A stretch of DNA of 64,000 bases from Vulcanimicrobiota bacterium (GTDB lineage: Bacteria > Vulcanimicrobiota > Vulcanimicrobiia > Eremiobacterales > Eremiobacteraceae). Where the stretch lies: NCBI GenBank assembly GCA_963812135.1, contig CAWETU010000001.1:2080001-2144000 (forward strand). The letters run 5' to 3'. The notes under the pieces are model-generated. The model was not told the DNA's origin and did not search any database. It worked only from the letters and a program-made list of their open reading frames with translations. This document shows positions 50,289-59,560 of this stretch, piece after piece. Both the position numbers and the translations under genes were made by a program. Position 1 is the first letter of the stretch, and each line of letters starts with the position of its first letter.

Positions 50289-51017
50289 ATGTTCGCGACC
50301 CTCCTGATCGCAGCGACGCTGCTCGCTTCGAGCACGCCGACACCCGCGGCGCCTGCCCCCAGCCCTAGCGCGGTCCAGACGGTTCCCCAAGCCGGGCCTA
50401 TGCGCGTAGTGACCTACAACGTCACGTGGTCCACGAACATCGTGCACGGCGAGATGGGGTACGGCGGGCTCAACCAAGTGCAATCCAACCACGCGGATCG
50501 CGGCACCGTCAGCGTCGCCGTCATGGCGATCCAGGATGAAAACCTCGGCGTTGAGGTGACTGAAACGATGCAACGCGGCGGTGGACCCTTCAAGTTCAAG
50601 GGCGTCATCAGCCCCACCGGCATCGTCACGTTTCCCGCGGAATCGATCTCGGAGGTCTCGCGCGAGCTGTTGCGCTACTTCGCAACCGAGCTCATCCCGC
50701 CCAACGACACCGAAATCGGGTCAACGTGGCAGACCGTATACGACCTCCACGTCGTAAAGGTTCAAAACCAATATAAAGTGATCAAGATCGATGGGGACCT
50801 GCTCACACTTCAGTCGACGCAACAGGCGAAGTTCAACACGTTCAGCGGCACGACGACCAGCGAAGGGACGATCGTGCTCAAACCGTCGATCCTCGCACCG
50901 GTCAGCGGCACGGTCCGCAAGATCATCGATGAGTTCATCTCGGGCGACCAGCAGCGCGAGGAGTACAACCTGCAGTTCGACCGCGTCAGCGATAGCCTTG
51001 ACTCCAAACCGAAGTGA
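50289..51017 (+). CDS. Secreted hypothetical protein (tandem paralog 2 of 3)
   Basis: RBS AAGGAGG; MRVVTY, DRGTVSVAVM, RELLRYF, GSTW, GTIVLKPSILAPVSG. Confidence 0.8.
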   Translation: MFATLLIAATLLASSTPTPAAPAPSPSAVQTVPQAGPMRVVTYNVTWSTNIVHGEMGYGGLNQVQSNHADRGTVSVAVMAIQDENLGVEVTETMQRGGGPFKFKGVISPTGIVTFPAESISEVSRELLRYFATELIPPNDTEIGSTWQTVYDLHVVKVQNQYKVIKIDGDLLTLQSTQQAKFNTFSGTTTSEGTIVLKPSILAPVSGTVRKIIDEFISGDQQREEYNLQFDRVSDSLDSKPK

Positions 51018-51020
51018 CGC

Positions 51021-51695
51021 GTGATCGCGCTGTTCGTGTCCGCGCTCGCGTGGATCTTCGTCGCTGCATCCCCCGCCGGGGCGCAGAGCGACGCGCCGAT
51101 CCGTTCGGTCGTCTATAAAGTCTCGATCCAGCAGCGCAACGAGGCGCACATCGAGCGCTACAATTCGATCGACCGAGGCATCGCGACGTTCACCGACGAC
51201 GGCACGGTGGACGTCGACATCATGGTCAAGACCGAGACCGTGCTCGGCGTGCGGGTGACCGAAGCGATGCGTTCGCGCGGCTATCCGGCAAGTTTCACCG
51301 GCAACGTCGGACCGGATGACGGCGTGCATTTCCCGGACGGCTCGATCAACGAAGTCTCATACAATCTCTTGCGCTTTTTCGGCGTGCGCTTTGCCGCCGA
51401 TCAGAGCCTCGCCGTCGGGTCGGTGTGGACGACGCCGACCGGCATCCAGTACACGGTGAAATCGTCGGACGGGCGGCGCGTCACGCTGGATGTCGTGCAA
51501 CACGTCAAGGTCGCCAACACGGTTTCGAGCGTCGTCGTCTACGGCATGGTGGTGTACGATCCTGGGCTGCTCGTGCCGATCAGCGGCGACCTGACGCAGC
51601 ACCGCATCGAGCTGCACCCCGAAGGTGCGCTCGAGACGTACCAAGAGATGCAGTTCGTCCTTCAGTCGGACAGCTTCGATGCGCCGAAGCAATAA
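51021..51695 (+). CDS. Secreted hypothetical protein (tandem paralog 3 of 3)
   Basis: IRSVVY, DDGTVDVDIM, NLLRFF, GSVW, GMVVYDPGLLVPISG. Confidence 0.8.
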   Translation: MIALFVSALAWIFVAASPAGAQSDAPIRSVVYKVSIQQRNEAHIERYNSIDRGIATFTDDGTVDVDIMVKTETVLGVRVTEAMRSRGYPASFTGNVGPDDGVHFPDGSINEVSYNLLRFFGVRFAADQSLAVGSVWTTPTGIQYTVKSSDGRRVTLDVVQHVKVANTVSSVVVYGMVVYDPGLLVPISGDLTQHRIELHPEGALETYQEMQFVLQSDSFDAPKQ

Positions 51696-51703
51696 GAAAA
51701 AAG

Positions 51704-51728
51704 CGGTCGAATAAATCCGACCGCTACA
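51704..51728 (-). repeat. REP-like palindrome, copy 11
   Basis: CGGTCGAATAAATCCGACCGCTACA between convergent genes. Confidence 0.88.
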
Positions 51729-51742
51729 AGCTTCGGTTCGGG

Positions 51743-52057
51743 TTAGACCTTTTGGCGGCGGCCGAAGTGGCGCAGTTGCGGTCTGGGGATCGGCTCTTGG
51801 CCGGTGATCCGGCGCAGCTCGTCCACGAAGTAGTTCGCCGCGCCCTCTGACGAGCGGGCCTTGGTGGGATCGTACTGGCGGCGGATCGGTTCACCCGAGC
51901 CGTTCTTGAGCTGGACTTCCCACAGGTCGTCGGTCCAGGCGGTCGAGATGACCAGGTTCTTATAGGTCGCGCCCTTGCCGTCCGGGCGGACTTTCGTCTG
52001 CGGCAGCTGCTCGTTCACACAGGTAAAAAAGCTCTTGATATACTCGTCGGGTTCCAC
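51743..52057 (-). CDS. Hypothetical protein
   Basis: 104-aa ORF with AAGGA RBS, fills the gap between esterase and REP copy. Confidence 0.6.
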   Translation of the reverse strand: MEPDEYIKSFFTCVNEQLPQTKVRPDGKGATYKNLVISTAWTDDLWEVQLKNGSGEPIRRQYDPTKARSSEGAANYFVDELRRITGQEPIPRPQLRHFGRRQKV

Positions 52058-52112
52058 ACATCACGTCCTTTTCGATGGACGGATAGTATTCGACGAGGCC
52101 TCGTCCGACTCC

Positions 52113-53114
52113 TTACGCTAGAACCTTTGAAAGCTCGACCAGGGAACGGTCGTACCGGTACACGATGCCCATGTGGCCGTCGTCAAATTCCTCGTACGTA
52201 TAGGTGACGCCGAGGTCATCAAAGCGCTTGCAGAGGATGCGCGCGCCCAGCTGCAGCTGGAATTCATCGTGCAGGCCCGCGTCGAGGAAGATGCGCTTCA
52301 TCGAAAGCAATGCGGGGGCGCGCTCGGTCGCCATGACCACCGGATCGTTGTCAAGCCAGCGCTGCCAGACGTCCTGACGCAGCTCACCGGTGTGCAGGTC
52401 GACCGGCACGTCGAAGCCGAGCGGCGCGTTCGGGTTGGGCGAATAGCAGGCCGCCATTGCGAGGATGTTCAGGACGTCGAACGCGACGCTCTTCTTGGGC
52501 AGTTTCGTGAACTGCTCGTAGAACGACTCGACCGTGCCGCCATATTTTTGGATGCCGAGCACGAACTTCGGGAAATCGAGGAAATAGCAGTATTGGAAAT
52601 AGGCGTCGCCGGCGTGCGAACCGAGCGCGCCGAAGACGTGGGGATGGCGCATCGCCAAACGCAGCGCGCCATAGCCGCCGCTCGATTTGCCGGTGACGCC
52701 GCGATGTTCGCGCCCCGGTTGCGTGCGCAGCTTTTCGTCGACGAACGGCACGATCTCGTCGATGAGATAATCTTCGTAGCGTCCGGTCGCGGTCGAGTTC
52801 GTGTACTGGCTTCCGCCGAAGCGCGTCATGCAATCGGGCAGCACCAAGATGATCGGCGGCATCGCGCCGCTGCCGATCAGCCGGTCGAGCCGCGTATCGA
52901 TCGCTTCGTCGAACGCACTCGCGTTGAGCATCATGCGGCCCGTGCCGGTGAATCCCGCCAAAAAGTAGATGACCGGATAGCGTGTATCGCCGTCGTCGTA
53001 GCCCGGCGGCAGATAGCAGTACACGTCGCGTTCGTATGGGTCGCCAGACGCGTTGCCCTGGAGGACGCGTGAAACGTGTCTGAGAACGTCGATTCTTCCC
53101 TGTCGCGCCGGCAT
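52113..53114 (-). CDS. Putative esterase (Fes/S-formylglutathione hydrolase-like alpha/beta hydrolase)
   Basis: YLPPGYD...YPVIYFLAG, GKSSGGYGA, DAGLHDEF, DDGH. Confidence 0.9.
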   Translation of the reverse strand: MPARQGRIDVLRHVSRVLQGNASGDPYERDVYCYLPPGYDDGDTRYPVIYFLAGFTGTGRMMLNASAFDEAIDTRLDRLIGSGAMPPIILVLPDCMTRFGGSQYTNSTATGRYEDYLIDEIVPFVDEKLRTQPGREHRGVTGKSSGGYGALRLAMRHPHVFGALGSHAGDAYFQYCYFLDFPKFVLGIQKYGGTVESFYEQFTKLPKKSVAFDVLNILAMAACYSPNPNAPLGFDVPVDLHTGELRQDVWQRWLDNDPVVMATERAPALLSMKRIFLDAGLHDEFQLQLGARILCKRFDDLGVTYTYEEFDDGHMGIVYRYDRSLVELSKVLA

Positions 53115-53166
53115 GCGCGGGCGTCTTGCGCGCCACCGCCGGATTCGCCTGCCAATAAAGGGAGTT

Positions 53167-54309
53167 ATGATCGATCGCGAACGCATGACCGGCTTCGTCA
53201 TGGACTTGATGCGCACCGACAGCCTTTCCAAAGAAGAGGGCGCTGTGGCGCAGATGCTCGTCGCGGCGTTGCGCGATGTGGGTGCCGAGGTGCGGGTCGA
53301 TGACGCAGGCGCTGCGGTGGGCGGCTCGACAGGCAATGTCATCGCGCGCTTGCCGGGCACCGTCCCTTTGGCGCCGCCCCTTCTGTTGAACTCTCACATG
53401 GACACCGTGCCGCCAGGCAGAGGCGTGAAACCCGTGCGCGAGGACGGACGTATCCGCTCCGACGGCACCACGATTCTGGGCGGCGACGACAAGAGCGGCG
53501 TGGCGGTGATCGTCGAGGTGTTGCGCACGCTTGTGGATCGCACCCTCCCACATGGCGACGTCGAAGTCGCGTTCACGATCTGCGAAGAAGTAGGCCTGCT
53601 CGGCGCCAAGCATCTCGATCTTTCTTCTCTGCGCGCGCGCGAAGCGCTGGTGCTGGACGCGTCGTCTCCCGCGGAGCTGGTCACCAAGGCGCCTTCGGCA
53701 GACCGTTTCGAATTTGTCGTCCATGGATTGGCCGCGCACGCGGGGATGGCACCGGAGCTCGGCATCTCCGCGCTGCGCGTGGCCGCCGAAGCGATCGCCG
53801 CGATGCCGCTTGGGCGCATCGATCCGGAGACGACGAGCAACGTCATCATCGGCGAAGGAGGCACGGCGGTCAACGTGGTGCCCGACCGCGTCGTCATCCG
53901 CGGCGAAGTCCGTTCGCACGACGATGCGAAGCTCGATCATGTGACGTCGACCATTCGGCGCGAGTTGCAAGACGCAGCCTCTCGGGCATTCGTCACGACC
54001 AACGGTACGATTTCGCGCGCGTGGATCGAAGAACGCTGCGAGCGCGAATACACGCGCATGGCGGTGACCGATGACGCCGCGGTGGTGAGTTTGGTCTTGG
54101 CGGCGGCGAAGGATCTGAACGTTCCGATGCGCACGGTGACCATTGGCGGCGGATCGGATGCGAACGTCTTCAATGCGAAAGGCATGCCTGCAGCGATCCT
54201 CGGGACCGGCATGCGCGAGATCCACACCGTGCACGAATGGCTCGACCTCGGCGACTTCTACACGTGCGCCGATCTCGTCTTGCGCGCGCTGACGCTGCGC
54301 GCGGCGTAG
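53167..54309 (+). CDS. M20 family peptidase T-like metallohydrolase
   Basis: SHMDTV, LGGDDKSG, CEEVGL, AHAG, GGGSDAN, IHTVHE. Confidence 0.93.
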   Translation: MIDRERMTGFVMDLMRTDSLSKEEGAVAQMLVAALRDVGAEVRVDDAGAAVGGSTGNVIARLPGTVPLAPPLLLNSHMDTVPPGRGVKPVREDGRIRSDGTTILGGDDKSGVAVIVEVLRTLVDRTLPHGDVEVAFTICEEVGLLGAKHLDLSSLRAREALVLDASSPAELVTKAPSADRFEFVVHGLAAHAGMAPELGISALRVAAEAIAAMPLGRIDPETTSNVIIGEGGTAVNVVPDRVVIRGEVRSHDDAKLDHVTSTIRRELQDAASRAFVTTNGTISRAWIEERCEREYTRMAVTDDAAVVSLVLAAAKDLNVPMRTVTIGGGSDANVFNAKGMPAAILGTGMREIHTVHEWLDLGDFYTCADLVLRALTLRAA

Positions 54310-54313
54310 GCTC

Positions 54314-55054
54314 ATGGCGGTACGGCGCTACGGCTCGTGGACCGGCTCGGATACACCGGCGGTCTTCGCGCTGCTCGTCATCATGGCGGTCTTCTTCATC
54401 GTCGGGTTCTTCGGCTTAGGCGCCGATCTCGAGTATTGGTTGGCGTGGCCCATCTCGCCGCTGTGGCTCACCACGCTGAAATTCTGGCAGATGGTCACGT
54501 TCCCGTTCGTGCACAACAGCATCTTCTCGTTCATCTTCGATGCGCTCGTCATCTTCTTCTTCGGCGGATCGCTGGAGCGCGCGTGGGGCTCGGCGCGATT
54601 CGTGGCCTTCTTCTTCATGTGCGGCATTGTCGCCGGATTGACGGTGCTGGGCCTGACGTTCCTAGGGATGCCACCCGGCTTTTTCATCGGCATGACGGGG
54701 CACTTCGTGGGCCTCGGTGTGGCGTTCGGCGCGCTCAACCCGTACGCGCGCATCTACATCTACTTCGTATTGCCGGTCGAGGGGCGCTGGCTCGGCGTCA
54801 TCAGCATTTTCCTCGAGCTGTTCGTGAACTACGGTTCGTATGGCTCGCCGATCAATGCGGTGATCGCGATCGGCGTGAGCGCGCTGTTCGCTTGGACGTT
54901 CACACGCGGTTTCTCGTTCGGACCGCGCGGCGGTGGCGGCGGACCCGGTTTCAAGGAACGCTTCGAGCGCTGGCGTCAGCGCCAGCGGATGCGCGCATGG
55001 CAGCGTAAGGTGTCGAAGATCGACAAGCCCGAGGATCTCTTCAAAGACAGGTAG
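54314..55054 (+). CDS. Rhomboid-family membrane protein (catalytic GxSG not evident)
   Basis: WQMVTFPFVH, FFGGSLERAWGSARF; basic C-tail; GMTG in place of GASG. Confidence 0.75.
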   Translation: MAVRRYGSWTGSDTPAVFALLVIMAVFFIVGFFGLGADLEYWLAWPISPLWLTTLKFWQMVTFPFVHNSIFSFIFDALVIFFFGGSLERAWGSARFVAFFFMCGIVAGLTVLGLTFLGMPPGFFIGMTGHFVGLGVAFGALNPYARIYIYFVLPVEGRWLGVISIFLELFVNYGSYGSPINAVIAIGVSALFAWTFTRGFSFGPRGGGGGPGFKERFERWRQRQRMRAWQRKVSKIDKPEDLFKDR

Positions 55055-55075
55055 TCCTCATTGGGTTATAAATGA

Positions 55076-55612
55076 TTAATGTAGGGGGATCAACGCGAAG
55101 GATCGCTGGAATTTGTCGACTCCGGACGGACGGCTTTCGAGCGGATACGTTGTGAATAGCTCGTACACGATATGTTCGGAGTAGAACACGCGCAACGTCT
55201 GAGCCAGAGGATTGCCTTGCGTCCGGTAGACCACATCGCGCCCCGTCAGGCCATTTAGCGTCACGGGTCTGCTCGCGGTGACGACGATACCTGGTTTCTT
55301 TACGATGTGATCGACCCAATCGTCGACGTTGAAACTATCAGAAGTCAGTCGGCGCAGGTCGAGGATCTTCACGAAAAAGCCATACGTTCCGGCGTCCACT
55401 TCGAACGTGATCTCTTGCGCGGGGCCGGCGTCTGTCTGCGACGTGCTTTCGGTCCGGACGGGCGCCTTTGGCGCCTCGAACGAGAACCCGAGGTCGGGAT
55501 AGCGATACACCGACCAATTCGTCTGAGCCGACGCGCCCTGTGCGGCGGAAGCGGGCGCAGGTGCGAGAGCGAGCAAGAGACCGATTAGCGAGGCGGTGGT
55601 GCAAAACGACAT
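55076..55612 (-). CDS. Secreted hypothetical protein, possibly PsbP/Mog1-like fold
   Basis: RBS GAGGT, signal peptide, GFSFEAP, VTLNGLTGR, DKFQRSF. Confidence 0.65.
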   Translation of the reverse strand: MSFCTTASLIGLLLALAPAPASAAQGASAQTNWSVYRYPDLGFSFEAPKAPVRTESTSQTDAGPAQEITFEVDAGTYGFFVKILDLRRLTSDSFNVDDWVDHIVKKPGIVVTASRPVTLNGLTGRDVVYRTQGNPLAQTLRVFYSEHIVYELFTTYPLESRPSGVDKFQRSFALIPLH

Positions 55613-55725
55613 GACTACCTCAAAAACAAAAGCTGCCCAACTTTAAGTACGACAAGCGTACCGGGGCAGCGGTTCAGTCGCTTACGCTCTTCTGCTATTA
55701 TACCATGGCTGATGAGCCGAGCGCG

Positions 55726-56712
55726 TCACTGTTCTGCTGGCGCGGGTTTCTCGTTCGGTGCGGCTTTGCCGGTGCGCACGATCTCTTCGAGCGCCGCTCG
55801 GTTGAGCATCACGACGCGACCGCGGCGCAGCTCGATCGCGCCCATGTCTTCCAAGTGCGACAGCGCGCGGCTCCCCATGTCGCGCACGGTGCCGACGCGG
55901 GCCGCAAGATCGGACTGTGTGATGCGCTCGACGCCGCTAACTCCCGGAGCCATGCCTTCTTGGGGCGAGGCGTAGTCGAGCAAGACGCGCGCGATGCGCG
56001 TCAGCACGCGGCCAAAGGCTAGGTTGCCGGCCGCGCTGGTGAGGCGGCGTTGGCGCTGCGCGAAGAAGCGCGCGACACCGGTCGCCACTTCTGGACTGCG
56101 CGTGATGAGCTGGCGCATGAACTGCGCCGGGATCTCCAACACGTCGACATCGCCGCGCGCGATGACGGTGACTTCGGCCGTGCCTTCGTCGAAGACAGCC
56201 GCTTCGTTGAATCCGCCATAGGATGGCACGTCGTACAGCACGATCTCGCGATCTTCATCGGTCGCGCGGGTCACTTCGACGACGCCGCGGCGCACCAGCC
56301 CGAATTCGGTCCAGGTCGTGCCTTCCGCGACGATGACCATGCGGTCGTGATACGTGCGTTCTTTGGCGACGCGATCGATCTCGCGCAGCGTCTCTTGCGT
56401 CGCGGTCTTGAACATCGTGCAACGCCGCAGGTACGCGATGCGCGGCGCCTCGCCGCCGAGCGCGGGTTCGGGGAGTCGCGTTATGCGGATGACCCAGCGG
56501 CCATCGCCCGCGTTGCGCGAATCCCACAGCAAGACGCCTTCGCGATCGCCTTCGACCGTGGTGCGCAGCGCCTTCGGCTCGTGGTCGTTGATGAATTCGA
56601 CGACTTGATTCGGCGCGAGGCGGTCGAACGCCATGAGCATGCGATCGTGCCGCTCCCATGTGGGAAGCGGCCGTAGATCGATGCGTTCGACTGGCTCAGG
56701 ATGCGTGCTCAT
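55726..56712 (-). CDS. DUF2249-Crp/Fnr family transcription regulator fusion
   Basis: IDLRPLPTWERH...FDRL...INDHEPKAL (DUF2249), then cNMP-binding-like domain and ITQSDLAARVGTVRDMGSRAL HTH. Confidence 0.85.
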   Translation of the reverse strand: MSTHPEPVERIDLRPLPTWERHDRMLMAFDRLAPNQVVEFINDHEPKALRTTVEGDREGVLLWDSRNAGDGRWVIRITRLPEPALGGEAPRIAYLRRCTMFKTATQETLREIDRVAKERTYHDRMVIVAEGTTWTEFGLVRRGVVEVTRATDEDREIVLYDVPSYGGFNEAAVFDEGTAEVTVIARGDVDVLEIPAQFMRQLITRSPEVATGVARFFAQRQRRLTSAAGNLAFGRVLTRIARVLLDYASPQEGMAPGVSGVERITQSDLAARVGTVRDMGSRALSHLEDMGAIELRRGRVVMLNRAALEEIVRTGKAAPNEKPAPAEQ

Positions 56713-56763
56713 CTGTTCCGGCGGCTCGGTTCGCGGCTACGTCGGGGGAATCCCGGGGCGGGG

Positions 56764-58674
56764 CTACCAGCGATAGGCCTCGATCGCCGCCCATTGGTCG
56801 GGCGTCGTGCCCTGGTAGTCGAAGAACATCTCGCCGATGGCGCCAGCCGATCTGGCCCCGCCCAAACACCAGTGCAGCTCCGAGGATGAGGGCTTGCCGG
56901 TCCGTCCCAGATCCGTGCTTTGCCCGGCGACATTGACGGGGAGGTTTCGGCCGGCGAGCTGTTTCGTCATCGCGACCGCGTCGGCGCAATTGCCGGCCAC
57001 ATCGGTCTGCGCATAATCATGCGAGCGGCGGAAATGATGCCAGTATTCCATCGGCTGCATGACGCTCGCATATCGCGCGATGCGCGAATACGGATAATCG
57101 TCGTTCGTCCAGTGCGTCATATGCGGCGAAATGACGGTCGCGATCAGCAGGTAGTCAGGGCCGACGGCAGCGCGGGTCATCTGCATGTAATCGGCCATGC
57201 GTTCGCGCGCGATCGCGCCGTAGCCCATGTAGTTGTCCCCGGGCTCGAGGTCGAGCGCCATGCCCGCAAACCCATTGCCTGCAGGCGTCGTGTAACGCGC
57301 CATGGCGACCGACTGCGCGACGTCGTCTGATGAATTGCGCCGCGGCACGGACCACGCGATCACCTTGATGCCCGCCGCCGCCGCGTTGTCGATGATGCGA
57401 TCGAACCACGCGCGCGCCTGCGGACTTGCCGCTTCGGCGAACGTGCCCCGGGAAGTGCGCAGCTCGATCTCGGAGACGCCGGCTTTGGCTGCTTGCGCGA
57501 TCACCGTATCAGGATCGAATTGCGAGTACGAGTTCGGGTCATTCGTGTCGGGCGAAAAGAACAAGAACATGCCTTTGCCGGCGATCGCGTCCAAGCTCGT
57601 GTCCGCCATCGGCGCAGGCGTGTCGACTTCGCCCGTGCTGGCTTTCGCGCTGCCTGACGAGAGATCGGCGACGACCGAATAGTCGTACGCGCTCGCGGGC
57701 TCGACGTGGCTGTCGCGCCACGCGTGGCCGGCGGCTGAAACGACGGCGACCAGCGTGCCGGAGCCGCCGCCGGCTGGGCGGCGATAGACGCGATAGCCTC
57801 GGATCCCCGACAAACCTTGAAGGTGGGTCCAGCCGACCGCGATCAGGTGCGGCCCAATCGCCTGTGCCACGGTTTCGAAGGTCGCGACGTCCGAGGGCGG
57901 TGCCGGCAAGGAAAGCGTCGCGGTCGCTGCGGTCGGGCTGACCGCGACGGCGTTCACGTCGACGGCTTCGGCGCCGTCGGTGGTCACAATGGCGCCGGGC
58001 GTTTGGCGCAGCCATGGATCCAGCGGAACCACTTCGCCGGGCGCGGCGTTGATTTCGACATCCGCGCGCAGGCGCGGCTGCTCTGTCCCTGATTCGTCTG
58101 AGAAAAGCCCGACGACTTCGGTCTGCCACGTGCCGTCGGCGGTGAGCTGCCATGGTTGCGCCTGCAGCGTGAATCCGCCGTTCGTGGCGCGCAATGGTTT
58201 CGTCGCCGCGGGCCGCGGCATGCGCTCGATCGGGGGCGGTGCGGACTGTGGTGATATCGTCGGTGCTTGCGCGATCGTTCTCGGAAGCGCGACAGTCGAC
58301 TCACCGGCGGTTTGCGCGGTGCGATGGGTGCGCTCCGGTCGCGCGCGAACCGCGACGCGATGAGGTTGCGCCGTCCGCGAATGAGCGACGATGCCGCGGG
58401 TAACGGGAGGGGCGCTGATGGCCAGGATGACCGCGAAGCCGATCGCAAGCGCTGTCGACCCGAGAACCGCTGCGGCGCCCGCTCGCGCGAGCAGCCCGGC
58501 GCGCGGGGCCGGACGCGAAGGCGCGGCCGGCGCTTGTGCGACCGCGTCGCCCAAATACTCGCGCCTGCGACGTTCGATCGTCGCGAATTCCGCGCGCCTG
58601 CCGCGTACCAGCGTATACCGCGGCGCATATGGCGATTTCCGCCTGGGATTAGCGCTCACTCGGCTGCCCTTCAA
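56764..58674 (-). CDS. Membrane-anchored protein with FN3-like domain and C-terminal glycoside-hydrolase-like barrel; start uncertain
   Basis: TM helix, Pro linker, GYRVYR...WRDSHV...YDYSVVA, GKGMF, ALDLE, MQPMEYW. Confidence 0.7.
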   Translation of the reverse strand: MKGSRVSANPRRKSPYAPRYTLVRGRRAEFATIERRRREYLGDAVAQAPAAPSRPAPRAGLLARAGAAAVLGSTALAIGFAVILAISAPPVTRGIVAHSRTAQPHRVAVRARPERTHRTAQTAGESTVALPRTIAQAPTISPQSAPPPIERMPRPAATKPLRATNGGFTLQAQPWQLTADGTWQTEVVGLFSDESGTEQPRLRADVEINAAPGEVVPLDPWLRQTPGAIVTTDGAEAVDVNAVAVSPTAATATLSLPAPPSDVATFETVAQAIGPHLIAVGWTHLQGLSGIRGYRVYRRPAGGGSGTLVAVVSAAGHAWRDSHVEPASAYDYSVVADLSSGSAKASTGEVDTPAPMADTSLDAIAGKGMFLFFSPDTNDPNSYSQFDPDTVIAQAAKAGVSEIELRTSRGTFAEAASPQARAWFDRIIDNAAAAGIKVIAWSVPRRNSSDDVAQSVAMARYTTPAGNGFAGMALDLEPGDNYMGYGAIARERMADYMQMTRAAVGPDYLLIATVISPHMTHWTNDDYPYSRIARYASVMQPMEYWHHFRRSHDYAQTDVAGNCADAVAMTKQLAGRNLPVNVAGQSTDLGRTGKPSSSELHWCLGGARSAGAIGEMFFDYQGTTPDQWAAIEAYRW

Positions 58675-58834
58675 GCCCGGATGCTCCTCGATTTAGCATC
58701 GTCATGATAGGCCTCCTTGTGGAGGAGTCGAGCGTGAGGTCACACTTGCAAACCTAGAAAACCCTTAAAGAGCGCTGAAAGCAGAACGTTCGCGAAGGGT
58801 ACAAGCGTTGAACGGATGGAAAAGTAATAACCAT

Positions 58835-59545
58835 ATGGCTCAACGTCGCTTCAAGACCCCGTCTCTCATCGCGTTTGCGCTCGCCGCCGCGTCTTTGGTC
58901 GCAGGCTTTGCGCAAGCCGCATCGTCGGCCGTACCGCCGACGCCGCGCCCGACGGCAGCGTCGAGCGCCGAATCCATCGTCGAGCTGATCGTCAACCGCA
59001 ACCCCGGCTTGAAATCATACGTGGCCGCGGCGCATCTCGATCTGCGCCAAGTGAGTTTTCCGTACTTGCACCCGGTGCTTGACGGGCACGCGTACGTCTT
59101 AGCCCCGGGGTATACGACCTTTGACTACCCGCACACGCCGTTCTATCTCAAGGGCCTCACGAAATTCCAGGGCGCGTTCGGCGACGCGACGCGCTGGCCG
59201 CGCTGCTATGACATGACGATCGTGGAGCAGCCGAGTGCTTATTCGTTGCACATGGTGCCCAAGATCCAAGGTGAGATCGCGTTCATCGACGTGCTGCTCG
59301 GGCTCGACGGTGCGATCAATCACGTCGAATGGCACTATCGCGACAACATAAACGATCGTCTCGTGCTGAACCAGCAGTACTCAACCGTTGACGGGCACAA
59401 CGTGGTGACCTCGCAGACGTCCGACGTGACGTTGCATCACATCCGCGCGCGAGGCACGCAGACCTTCAGCAGCTTCGAATTCAACGTGCCGGTGCCGACG
59501 CCGACACCGACGCCGTCAGACCCCGCGCACGCCTGCGATAACTAG
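58835..59545 (+). CDS. Secreted hypothetical protein
   Basis: Signal peptide, RNPGLKSY, beta-rich body, PTPTPTP tail. Confidence 0.7.
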   Translation: MAQRRFKTPSLIAFALAAASLVAGFAQAASSAVPPTPRPTAASSAESIVELIVNRNPGLKSYVAAAHLDLRQVSFPYLHPVLDGHAYVLAPGYTTFDYPHTPFYLKGLTKFQGAFGDATRWPRCYDMTIVEQPSAYSLHMVPKIQGEIAFIDVLLGLDGAINHVEWHYRDNINDRLVLNQQYSTVDGHNVVTSQTSDVTLHHIRARGTQTFSSFEFNVPVPTPTPTPSDPAHACDN

Positions 59546-59560
59546 CCGCTTACCCGGAGA

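Noticed and set aside
14268..51728. Repeats as a CRISPR array
   Set aside because: Copies are 0.4-8 kb apart and separated by whole genes; no cas genes.
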